This document shows, in pieces, positions 1-11,813 of a stretch of 64,000 nt of DNA. The stretch comes from Octopus sinensis (taxonomy: Eukaryota), in the NCBI RefSeq assembly GCF_006345805.1, contig NC_043015.1:18476001-18540000 (forward strand), given 5' to 3'. Position numbers and translations under genes: made by a program. Numbering within the stretch: position 1 is the stretch's first letter; every line of letters begins with the position of its first letter. The notes beneath the pieces were generated by a model that saw only the letters and a list, made by a program, of their open reading frames with translations, had not been told where the DNA came from and searched no databases.

Positions 1-695
1 GTAATGAAAAGAAATATTACAAGTAACTGCAGAATATGTGGAGATGGACAAGAAACAATAAATCATATTATCTCTAGCTGCCCAGTCCTGGCTAAGAAGG
101 AATATATTCACAGACATGACAGAGTTGGAACCTACATACATTGGAAGCTATGCCAACATTATGGAATAACAACAGAAAAAAGATGGTATAGGCACACACC
201 AGAAAATGTCACAGAAAACGAGAAAGCAACCATACGCTGGGATATGGCGATACACACAGATAAAGAAATTAAGGCCAACAGACCAGATATAGTTGTCAGA
301 GATCATGAAGAAAAAAATGCTTTCTAATTGATGTATCAATACCGGCAGATGACAACGTGTCTCTAAAAGAAATGGAGAAACTCTCAAAATACAAAGACCT
401 GGAAATAGAGATAACTAGAATGTGGAACCTGAAAACAGAAACAATTCTTATCATAGTAGGTGCATTAGGCATGATAAAAAAATATTCAGACAAATACATA
501 ACAAAAACACCAGGACTTACAAACACATATAACATACAGAAAATTGCACTACTAGGCACTGCACACATCCTACGCAGAACACTTTCCATACAAAAACCAT
601 CAGAGCATCACAACAAATCACAGCACATACCCAAGGCACACAGAGCTGCGCTCGGTAGTGAAGTGAAAGCACGCTATAAAAATAAAACTACTGAA
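1..695 (+). mobile_element. R4/Dong-type non-LTR retrotransposon, 3' end (CCHC finger + restriction-like endonuclease), frameshifted
   Basis: ORFs 4-327 and 357-698 join across an A-run (~311-317) to give CRICGDGQETINHIISSC...RPDIVV...LIDVSIP...KE.EKLSKYKDLEIEI..MW...IIVGALG, the RLE-clade C-terminus. The element ends in an (AAT)n tail. Confidence 0.9.
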
Positions 696-1122
696 TAATA
701 ATAATAATAATAAAAATAATAATAATGATGATGATGATGATGATGATGATGATAATAATATAATAATAATAATAATAACGATGATGATGATGATGATGAT
801 GATATTAATAATAATAATGATGATGATGATGATGATGATAATAATAATAATAATAATGATGATGATGATGATGATGATGATAATAATAATAATTATAATA
901 ATAATAATGATGATGATGATGATGATGATGATATTAATAATAATAATAATAACAATGATGATGATGATGATGATGATAATAATAATGATGATGATGATGA
1001 TGATGATGATAATAACAATAATAATAATAATGATGATGATGATGATGATGATATTAATAATAATAATAATGATGATGATGATGATGATGATGATGATATT
1101 AATAATAATAATAATAATAATA

Positions 1123-1154
<32 letters not shown>

Positions 1155-1167
1155 AATAATAATAATC
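696..1167. repeat. Compound (AAT)n/(GAT)n microsatellite
   Basis: Alternating aat and gat runs with a recurring gatattaat junction. This is the source of the poly-I/poly-M ORFs. Confidence 0.97.
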
Positions 1168-2545
1168 AGCAATGAAAGAGAAGATTAGAAAAGAGTACTA
1201 CAGGAGAGTACGGTTAGTAACAAAGACTGAACTCAACGCTGCAAACAAAATAGAAGCCATTAACACTCTTGCGGTACCAATCGCAGCTTACAGTTTCAAC
1301 GTAATCAACTGACAAATGAGCGAAATAAAGAAGCTACACTCCAAGACCAGAAGACTACTAACCATGGTTCGAATGAACCACCTAAAAGCGGACGTGAACA
1401 GGATTTATTTACTGAGAAGCATGGGAGGAAGAGGACTAACTCAATTAGAATTATCTTACAAAACTACTACTGTAGGATTAAATACATATCTTGAGCTGTC
1501 AAAAGATCCTCTAATGAAGCTTGTGCACCATCATGATAAAGTAAAGAAGCTATACTCGGTATACAAAGAATCTGTACAGTTTAAGAAACAACTGATGACG
1601 GAGGAACCTAAAATGAAGGCGAGTGAGAAAGTAACCCTATTTGCTAAAAGAGTTAAGGAAGAGATAAAAAACAAGCCCAGAAGAAGAAGCAAAGAAGAAT
1701 GGCTAGAAAAAAACCGATGCATGGCCGATACCCATGTTGAGTGAACAAACCAGACGTAGAAAAACGAGACACTCATGTATGGAAGAAGAGCTCATGACTG
1801 AAGGCTGAAACCGAAGGTTTTATCATAGAAGCACAAGATCAAAGCTTGGCAATCAGGGCTTACCACAACAAACTAATGAGCGATGGCACTGACCCGAAAT
1901 GCAGAATGTGTCATGAGCAGGATGAAACAGTGGACCACATCTTAACTGGATGCACAGCGCTTGCAAAAACCGAATATATTCATAGACACGATAGAGTAGC
2001 GCAATATATCCATTGGAAGATATGCAAACACTGCCAGCTTCCAACTTCAGAAAGATGGTACCAGCATAAACCTGAAACTGTGACCGGAAAAGATGATGTA
2101 ACAGTACTCTGGGACATGCCAATCAATACCAATAAAGAAATCAATGCAAACAGGCCGGACATAGTCATCAAAGATGGGAAGAATAAGGAATGCTTAATGA
2201 TAGATGTGACAGTACTATCAGAGAGAAATGTGTCCATTAAAGAAGTTGAGAAGTTATTTAAGTGCAAAAACTTAGAAATAGAAGTGACCAAGATGTGGGG
2301 AGTGAAAAGCAGTATAGCACCAGTAGTGATTGGAGCGTTAAGCTAATTAAAAAGGACCTTGATAAGCAGCTCAACAAACTCGCTTGCAGTGTTAACGTGG
2401 GAGAACTTCAGAAAATAGTGTTGCTAGGTTCCGCACACATTTTACGCCGTGTACTCTCCATGAGATAAGGACCTGATGTGACCCTAGGATCAAGAGATGA
2501 CCCCGGTTCAGCAGAAGACAACGGACCATATTTTGTTTTAAAATA
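1168..2545 (+). mobile_element. Second, 5'-truncated R4/Dong-type LINE (RT thumb, CCHC, RLE), degenerate
   Basis: Reads MKEKIRKEYYRRVRLVTKTELNAANKIEAINTLAVP...KADVNRIYLLRSMGGRGL, then EAQDQSL...CRMCHEQDETVDHILTGC...RPDIVIKD...MIDVTV...VIGALS. It has stops and frameshifts and is followed by (AAT)n. Confidence 0.9.
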
Positions 2546-2607
2546 ATAATAATAATAACAATAATAATACTACTACTAATAATAATGATAATAAAAATAA
2601 TAATAAC

Positions 2608-2808
2608 AATCCTTTCTACTATAGGCACAAGGCATGATATTTGGTGGGCGGGGACTAGTCGATTGCGTCGGCCCCAGTGTTTCACTGGTACTTAATTTAT
2701 CAAACCCGAAAGGATGAAAGGCAAATTTGAACTCAGACTGTAGCGACGGGCGAAATACCGCTAAGCTTTTCGTCCAGCGTGCTAACGATTCTACCAGATG
2801 GCAGCCTT
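2608..2808 (-). mobile_element. tRNA-derived SINE, family A (ggcggcgagctggcagaa head, ATT tail)
   Basis: Minus strand carries A-box-like tggtagaatcg and B-box-like gagttcaaat. Same family as 4940-5230, 10630-10825 and 33749-33965. Confidence 0.8.
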
Positions 2809-2809
2809 C

Positions 2810-2835
2810 AATACAACAACAACAACAACACAACA

Positions 2836-2885
<50 letters not shown>

Positions 2886-2965
2886 AACTGCTGCTGCTGC
2901 TGTTGCTGTCGCTGCTGCTGCTACTACTACTACTACTACTACTATACTACTACTACTACTAACAA
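2810..2965. repeat. (CAA)/(CTA)/(CTG) trinucleotide microsatellite
   Basis: Visible directly in the sequence. Confidence 0.95.
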
Positions 2966-3090
2966 TAATATATATCTATACATATATAGTTAATCCAAAC
3001 ATGAACAAAGAGAATACACAACAACGCGAGGACGTGGAATAAGTATAGTATTATTGGACGCTCAGGAAAGAAGGAAAGAAGGAAGGAGGA

Positions 3091-3123
3091 TTTAATGTTT
3101 TGAGCGGAGCTCTTCGCCAGAAA
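3091..3123 (-). ncRNA. Decayed minimal hammerhead ribozyme motif
   Basis: Reverse complement reads TTT-CTGGCGA-A-GAGC TCC GCTC-AAAAC-ATT-AAA. Topology is intact but there are three core/helix-III substitutions. Homologous to 38287-38319. Confidence 0.45.
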
Positions 3124-4857
3124 CATAGGAAAAGGAAAGATCCAAGGAAGGAAGGGAAGACGGAGAAAGAAAATCGCCAACGATACGCACGCGGTCACAT
3201 ATTGAATCAACACACACACACACACAGACACAGACACAGACACAGACACACACACACATGTATATATACATACATGGATATATGGATTGAACGAGAGTCT
3301 TTATTTAAAATTGTTTCGACACATTTTTACACTCGTATTATATTGGTGAGATGATGTAAATAACATACTATGTAATTTCTATCATCCATCAAAAGTGTAA
3401 GATGCGCTTCTTCGGGTGGTTGTTTTAAATATGACCTTCGTTGAATCATTCTGTCATTTCACTCTGTATGAGAATGAATACCTGAAGTTATTTTCAGCAA
3501 TTTGCAGGCAAAACTCAATCCTCAAATATAGTGAGAGACAAAATACAATTATAATTAAAATACAAAATACAGAAACGCAGAAACAGAGAAAAAAATTATA
3601 AAAAATAAAAATATAAATAAAAACAGAGAAAAAAAAAATTGTAATTCTACCTTCGTGGTCAGATTATAAGGAAGAACAAGCATAAAATAAAATTAAGCGT
3701 TTTGAGATTATAATGTGATAACGTGATGAAGACTGACCATTTCTGTGTTTATCAACTGTTTGCTCGAAGGATTTAAATTAGCCCCTGCATTTCACAACAA
3801 AACATCTTTTTATTCTGATAGGATACAAATTTGTCCCAATACACACACACAAATGGATTTGACTATGGAAAGTTAAGCGTTATAATATGGATAATATCTT
3901 CATCTTAGGCATGTTTTCTTAAACCTTTTTATAAAACACAACTACTTCATTTTTGATATCTAATATCACTGCAATGGGAAACGTATCTCACAAAAAATTC
4001 TGTCTCCATAGGTATTCACTCTGAATAGAATATTTCTCACGAGGCCACATATCCCTCATCTGTTTAAAGAGCAATCTGTATGATCACTGCTGTTTGCAGT
4101 GATCGTACGAATTCCTATTGTTCATAAAAGGATTAACTAACTTTAAGACATCTGTATAATTTTCATTTGTTTTTGCTACTCTCACTTGCGGTACCTTTGA
4201 GAAACAATTTATCGATGTAACTAATGCCTACCTAGTTATTGCTTTAAGGTATTTCTGTCATCTGAAAATATAGCTGCAGTTTATTTTAAAGATTAATTTA
4301 TTATTGATCATTAAGGGATACTACCATAATTTCATAGAATAAAAAAATAATAAAATTTGTTTTTATGCACATTGCAGTCAAAGCAATTCAGACCTCTTTA
4401 AAGGGTTAAAAACAACTTTTCATCATATAATCAAATCATATATACATTTCATATTAATGTTTCAGTATGAAACACATTTGTTGTCTTCTTTTCTCAATTA
4501 TTATACGATTGATATTTAGTTAGCATTCCAATGGAACGGTATGAGATGAAATCAAGCAGGACGATTTATTTCTGCTGAATACCCGCAGCTACCGTTGGCA
4601 GTAATTATTGGAAGTAGAACTCTGTAATTAAACATTTGTTAAAATCAGGTTCTTTGATGGTTTTGTTAATAATTATACTTAATCTTACTTCTAATTATGG
4701 AAAAGCCAATATTGTGAACATTAAAGTTGTAGAATAAGAAAATGAAACGAAAATCACAACGGAATTGTTTCAATCAATGCTCTGGGTTTCTTTTTGTATT
4801 TGGTTTATTGGTTTATTTCTGATATAAATTAACTAGATGATGATGATGATGATGGTG

Positions 4858-4917
<60 letters not shown>

Positions 4918-4939
4918 GCAATATTAATAATAATAATAG

Positions 4940-5229
4940 TTTCAAATTTTGGCACAAGGCCAGCAATTTCGAAGGATGGGGTAAGTCGATTTCATCGACC
5001 TCATAGCTCAACTAGCACTTATTTTATCGATCCCGAATGTAATTTTTAGAAGAGGAGGGAGGTCGATTACATCGATTTGAGAAGTCAGCTGGTACTTATA
5101 TTAGCGATCCCGAAAAAAGGCACAGTCAAGTTCGGCAGAATTTGAACTCAGAACGTAACAAGCCGGAAGAAATGGCGCTAAGCATTTTGTTCGACACACT
5201 AATGATTCCATCAGCCAACTCGCCACCTT

Positions 5230-5230
<1 letters not shown>
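4940..5230 (-). mobile_element. SINE family A (one partial copy plus one near-complete copy) between (AAT)n runs
   Basis: ggcacaagg...gtcgat...atcgatcccgaa is repeated, followed by gaatttgaactcagaacgta (B-box on the minus strand). Confidence 0.75.
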
Positions 5231-5281
<51 letters not shown>

Positions 5282-5299
5282 TCATAATGAAGGACTGCA

Positions 5300-6112
5300 A
5301 ACGTTACCAAAAAAAAAACTCGTGCATGACGAGGTGGGTGTGTACCTTTTAATCTTTGTTGTTCAACCGTATGAGAAGATGTCCGTTGACCGTAGTTTGC
5401 CAACTGGGGGAGACGAGCTTTGTTTAAACCACCTTTTCTAGACCCCTCTCCACTTGGAGCAAGTAGTGTTGTCCCTAGAGAAGGCTACTTTGTCATTCAG
5501 AGTGTGCCGAACGATGTTGTTGTCCCTGGATCAACATCAGACGACCAATATCCTGAACCACCTGCATGCAGAGCTGGGATTGCGGCTTCCAATATAATTT
5601 CAACCTGCCGCTTACACCCCTTTCCCATCGCTACAAGGCTTGGAATGGCAGGTGGTTGCGGTCGTTTTCTTCGAGCCTGCGCAGTGGAGTTTTTTTTAGG
5701 TGAAGTGCAGTCTGCGCTGAACTGGCCCCACTCTTTACACCCGTAGTGTGAAAGTTTATCTTCCATGCCAAGCTGGGACGGTGACAGAGAAGGATGTAGG
5801 TTTTACATCAGAATTTACTTCTAGCCTTTAGCTCAAAAGCCTTTGTCGGAGCTACGGGTGCAGGCACCCAGGCTAGGGATGGGGTGGCTACTTGATGCCA
5901 CAAAACATCGAGCCAAGGTGTTGGTACGTCGAGTCTGTCCAGCATGCTTTGCCACTAAGACTAACTCATAGATGCGATCCTGACAGGTACTGCCGCCCCG
6001 GATCAGAGCGGACTCGGGAGTAATGGCTACTAAAGCGTAACTCTATACTCCCCAAAACCCCAGAATTCACGAACTGGAGCCACACCGGATGAAGTTTAGC
6101 GTTATACTCAGG
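5300..6112 (-). mobile_element. GC-rich unclassified retroelement 5' region (possibly an RTE-like LINE leader)
   Basis: GC-rich block bounded by microsatellites. Near 5300 the minus strand has tgg(t)aacgtttgcagtc, resembling the WNVRSL start of APE domains. Otherwise unassigned. Confidence 0.3.
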
Positions 6113-9100
6113 ACACACACACACACACACACACAAATCCAGAATCAGCAAGTTATATCCCCTAGCTGTCCCCCAAGGGGTATAATTTGTCACCCAAGAG
6201 TAAATTTACTCCAGCTTGTGAATCCCTTTTCTAACCAACGTTTATATTCATGCAATCCTGCTCAAATTTACACATGGTAAAAGTCATTACACTCATTCCT
6301 ATGCCCCGATATCTACTGCTTCTTTCTACGAAAGTAAGCTGATACCATTTTACTAGTCTGAAGTAACAAACTACTAGATGTCCCGCTACTTACACTTTTA
6401 AAGTGAGACAAGAAATGTTTAGTGGTTGTCTTAAGCATATCACAGCTGCAGTGATGGGATAAATAGTTATACTGTGATTTTTCATCATCTAACTAAGGAA
6501 CACAAATTGAAGTATTAAACTGAAAAGTTCATTTTTAAAGTAGTTACTTTTTTTCCGCATTGTAAATATGTGATTTCAGATGACCATGGTGAATGTAATG
6601 TGAGAAATCAATAAATAATAATTTGAATTTATCATAATTTTAAGCGAAAGAAAATAAGAAGTCATGATAATGATGCCTTTGTTAAAGATTTCAATGAAAG
6701 GGAAACCAGTTCGACTGGAAATTGGATCAAGGCGAAATTTGCTGAAAGGCTCTGTGTCCTCCAGCACTCTTAACACTTCATTGAGTAAATGGTAAAGAAA
6801 TGAAATTGTGTAAATTTCAAGGCCTTCTCAAGATGATTAACAGAGCGTGGGAAGTGGTCTGGAAATCGAAAGTAAGTGGCGATATCGTCGCGCAAACAAC
6901 ATACAACTTACTATTGCACACACCACAACATTATTAAATATCGATTACTTTTGACTTGATAGAAAGACTTTATATTTCAACACGACGAAAGAAGGATGTC
7001 AAGGATGACGACGCCAACGACGACATCGACGACGACAATGGTGATAATGTCAATGATGGTGGCGGTGGTGGGCATGATTTTATTGTTGGTAGTGATGTGG
7101 TTGTATCTATGAGAACTGCTCTTATTTAGTTTTATGTTGATTAAAAATGTGAGAAGTTTTGCGAATCGACAATGTGTCATTGGTATCTATTTTTTAACAA
7201 TGATGTTGAAGCTGGCAGGGTTATAAAAGGTGCAGATGGAGTCTATGGTAATACTTGATGTAATGTCCAAGCTAAGAAAAAAACCCGTGTTGCTAGCTGT
7301 CAACGAGGAGAAATATACATACTGTATTGCAATCTCTAAAGATTTCTGATAAACAATGGCGAAGTATTGCAATCTATATGAATAACAGAAAAAGCAAACA
7401 AACAACAACAACATCAAGAAGAAGAAGAACAACAACAACAGCAGCAGATGCAAAACGCTTTATATAGTGTTGTGTGTAACATTTATTTCAGAAAAGATAT
7501 GCTGAGAAAGGAGAAAGCAAAACAGATGTGAACACATACATTTACTTTCTAAATTATGTAGTTACATATATGAATATGTGCGTGTTGCAATATTCACACA
7601 TATTTACACATATATGTGCATATATATGTATGTGTACGTATATACATTTATGCACACATACACACACACGTACTCAACACTCATTCACACACACACACAC
7701 ATACACACACATATAGACTAGGTAGGATAATCTATAGATATGTCTATAGATATGTATATGTGTGTCTGTGTGTGCGAATAGAAAACTTGTATTGATGTGA
7801 AGCAACGACTAAAGCTTTAGAAAAAAGATTAAATGTGATGACATCTTAATAAATATATCTTGAAGTTTTCCCACTATTCATTCAATTTGGTTGTTTCTAT
7901 TTATGCAGCAAAAATAAAGGCAATTTTGATGTTCAAATTTGCATTGCATTCTCGTCAGATTATCTCTAACTTACAAATAAAGCTTCTCTGTTGTTCAATT
8001 TGGAGGAAGTTAAGTTTTCTTTTTCATTTTGTCTTTACAAACTTTCATAAAACATATCCTTTAAATATTTTACTTTTGCTTTTTATATATATCCTCGTTT
8101 TTTCACTATCACACACACACACCTGTGTGCGCGCGCGTGTATCTGCACACCGACTTTGATAGATTCACAGTGGGAGGTTACAGTTCTTAAATTCCCGTTT
8201 ATATCATTTCAAAGCACAATTACAACAAGTTCAGGTTTTCTTTCATCTCAACGATTGATTCAAAACACGATTTCTTTTTCATCCATCTTTTCAATCTTTT
8301 TCTCCTCATTTTTTCTTTTCTTTCCCTTTTTTTGCCTGTTTTTACTCAAACCCACGCATGAAGACCAACTAATTTCATATATGAGAAAAATGTTTCAATT
8401 CATAATTTCTCTTATAGACAGAAAGTTCGACCAAACAGCAACATTCCGTACTTATTGCCCTAGTGTATTTAGTTTATATATATATCTATGGTGGTGAAAT
8501 AAGAATGAGAAGTCTACCAGAGATGATTTGATAGACCAATACTTCTCACCCACAAAATCTAGTACTATGTTCATTAAAACATTGAATGGTCACCTATGTT
8601 GGCTGAGCTGCATTATGCTAAGCAAAGTAATTCGGCGCCACATGACTTCAAGTTTCGTGGGCGCGTAGGACATGTTCATTACATTAGATGCTAAGAGCAG
8701 ATCCTAGCATCACGAAATTTTAAATAAGGTGAAGATATGTCTATGTCTATCTGTTATTAAAAACATATATAGCTCCCACCAAATATGTTGAGTGCTACTT
8801 TCTTTCGTTTGTTCACTTTATATATATGTATGTATAACTCGGTACATACAATTGAAATAGTAATAAAGTAAAAGCCATGCTAAATTTGTATACACGATAG
8901 CAGATTTGATGCAGTGTTTCGCTTTATAAAAACAGAGTACATCTAACATTACTTGATTGCTCCTCTTCTTTCCTCTTATTGAATCCATCTCATCTGTTTC
9001 TATGCCCAATCCTATATTTGTCTGGTTTTAAATGCGACTACTCAATCGAATGCTGCACTAGGCTACCACGTGATGATAAAATTTTACCACGTCTAGCTTA

Positions 9101-10245
9101 GTCGCGAATCAAAAAGGATTTCAAGCGCCTCAACTAACTTGGTAAAACTATCTGGTTTAACTACGTCATTCCGAAGAGTTGTTGATAGCCTCTTCACTGC
9201 TACTTCACTGTTGTCAACCAGCACATTCTTATCAATTAATAAAATTAGCAAAGGAAGAAAACATTGTTTCAAGAATTCTAAAAAAAAAAAATTTTTTTAA
9301 TTAAAAAAAACGATGCATTGTCAAGTTATGCGAATTGAGTACGCAATAATAAAAATGTCTTGTCCTTTTCACTGAGAATGACCTAAACACCTCAAATGAT
9401 TCTACCCGTATAAGTAAACTTATTGTAAATTTGAAAGCTGATTTTTAATAGGTCCATTCACTCCGTCACCTGCCATTATAACAAATGGCACCTGTTATAA
9501 CAAATGTCAAACGGCCTTTTTTTTTCCGTTGTAAAGAAAAAAATCCTAGAAATATTTCTTTTACAGCGACATTTTTGCATTTTCCATATCTGATCACTTT
9601 CAGCATTTGGTCAGCATCTGATATGTCAGGTATACTGCTCCATTGCACTTCACAGACTTTACGTCTATGGCAAGCTTCGCCTTCACATGCTTTACCAAGT
9701 TGTAAATTGCCTAAACAATTAGACATTATATGAATAAAAACAATAAAGCTACTTCTTAAAATCTGTCCACATTGAACAACATCATAATTAATAACTGAAA
9801 GGTACTCTGTTTTGTTTTCTCCTTTCTTTTCCTTTAATTACAATTACATAGTTTAAAAAATGTTATTAATTTAGGTTCACAAATATTAATTATTACACGA
9901 TTTTGTCACTAGAACATTTGACAAAACTAGCTGTTAAAAGCAGAAAAATGAAGCAAAAGCACGACTAAATACTAAGAAGATATATATTAGTCGACGATAG
10001 TAAGTAACGACTATAAAATCACGAAAACAGGACTAATAAAGGCAACGAAAACAGCAGCGCACGTGCTTTTAGCGCGTGGATTGTAAAGCATAGCCGTTGT
10101 TGGGTTATAATGATAACTCTGACCGCAATACTTCAGAATGTAGGAAAAGTAAATTTACATATATTTTTATCCTTGCAGGTATATTGAGCCATGTATCTAA
10201 AACACAATTATTTCTTTAAATGAATTTAGTGGAAATTATAATAAT

Positions 10246-10620
10246 ACTAGCAGTATCTCCCGGCGTTGCTCGGGTTTGTTTCGACCCTTTAGACTTGGAA
10301 TTTTTGAAAAGTAGCTTGTTATTCTCTTTAAGTGAACATTTTTCTGGTTGAAATACACCGGAAAATAGCGACACACCAGTAAAAAATCGTAAAAAATAGG
10401 GAATTTCATAGAAAAAAGCACCTTTTTGATGTAAATAATTTTTGGTGATAACATGGTCAAATTTGAATTTTTTCTCCTACAGAAGGAAGAGCAAGCCTTC
10501 TTCTATCATACTCTCAATTTTGGTTAACTTGCGCCGTAGGGTCTCGGAGGAGATAGTGTTAGTTGAAGGCTACCAAACCTGCCATACACAGACAACTTCA
10601 GCTTTATATATATAGAGATT
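10246..10620 (+). mobile_element. Non-autonomous Helitron/Helentron-like (HINE-type) element
   Basis: Starts actagcagtatctcccggcgttgctcggg and ends acagacaacttcagctttatatatatag. These termini resemble DINE-1/HINE-type elements. Confidence 0.6.
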
Positions 10621-10629
10621 ATATAATTG

Positions 10630-10825
10630 ATTCAAATTTTGACAGAGATCAGTTTAATCGATGACATTGACTCCCATACTTGAGTAATACTTTAATTTAT
10701 TGACCTCAAAAGGATGAAAGTCAAAGTTAACCTCGGTGGTATATGAACTCAGATTATAAAGAGCCGGAGAAATGACTTTCAGCATTTTGTTTGACGTCCC
10801 CAACGATTCTACCAACTCGTTGCCC
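10630..10825 (-). mobile_element. SINE family A
   Basis: aggatgaaagtcaaagttaacctcggtggtatatgaactcag...caacgattctaccaactcg matches the other copies. Confidence 0.75.
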
Positions 10826-10934
<109 letters not shown>

Positions 10935-11624
10935 ATGTATGTATGTATGTGCATATGTACATGCATATAAAATACGCTACGTGTCTTTGTATACATTCTA
11001 TTTTCTGGTTATCCACAAAAGCATTTGAAACTGTTGAATTCGTTCAACTTTGTAAGATTTAAGTTCTATATTTAAGAGATGAGGAATTATGTACATTATT
11101 TACATTATTTACATTTGACGGATATTTGTCCTCGTCTTGTTTGTTGTTAACACAAAGTTTCGGCTGATATACAAAAGATATGCAGTTCATATGACATCAG
11201 GACGATATACAAGAGTAATACAACACTTCGAAAATATCTCCTTTGAGTAAAATCATCAAATATGCCCAAAAACTGCATGTACTCCATCCCATGCAGCTGT
11301 GGTAGATTATGCAAAGACGAAACATGCCGCCCCCTCAAAATAAGGGTAGAGGAACATCGCAAAGCTGTGACACGAGGAGATATTGATAAATTGGGTATAG
11401 CTGATCATGTATGGAAAAATAGAGACCACTTCCCCCTGTAGGATGAAGTTAAAATAATAGACAGAGAACACCAATGGAAAATACGAAAGCTAAAAGAAGC
11501 AGCACATGTGCTAGGACACAACAACCTCCTAAGCAGACCGAGTGCAGATATGAATAGGATATGGGAACCGGTATTAAGGAAGGATAGGAACATATTAGAA
11601 AAAAAAATCACTCCATAATTACCC

Positions 11625-11697
11625 ACGAGCATAGGGCGTAGTGGCTAAGAGCGTGGGCTCCTAACCCCAAGATTCCAAGTTCGATTCCTGGCAGTGA
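11625..11697 (+). promoter_or_regulatory. tRNA-derived Pol III internal promoter within the PLE terminal repeat
   Basis: A-box-like gggcgtagtggctaag and B-box aagttcgattcc (11677-11688), with tRNA-like spacing. It starts just after the GIY-YIG stop codon. Confidence 0.7.
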
Positions 11698-11767
11698 CGT
11701 GAATTATAATAATAATAACATCGAAAAATACCTTAAGAATGAGAACCCAGGTTCGAAATTTCCCCGA

Positions 11768-11813
11768 GACACCTGATGAAAGCTGGAGGGTATATCAGCC
11801 GAAATGTTGTGTT
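11768..11813 (+). ncRNA. Minimal type-I hammerhead ribozyme motif
   Basis: GACAC-CTGATGA-A-AGCTG gagggtatat CAGCC-GAAA-T-G-TT-GTGTT. Stem I is GACAC/GTGTT. The inverted half-copy at 11149-11171 gives GAAAC, so the inferred consensus helix III is AACGTT. Confidence 0.7.

Noticed and set aside
618-1188. Long poly-Ile/poly-Met ORFs, and similar CV-, YI-, HT-, RE- and IYLS-repeat ORFs across the window
   Set aside because: These are translations of microsatellites with no coding evidence.
9485-9733. Overlapping ORFs and a possible 63-nt AG/GT-bounded exon
   Set aside because: The donor (gtatac) is weak and there is no recognisable protein similarity.
11625-11697. Functional tRNA gene (also the SINE heads at 24034, 27061, 33749 and 42830)
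   Set aside because: The acceptor and anticodon stems do not pair properly and the heads are fused to repeat bodies. They are tRNA-derived, not tRNAs.
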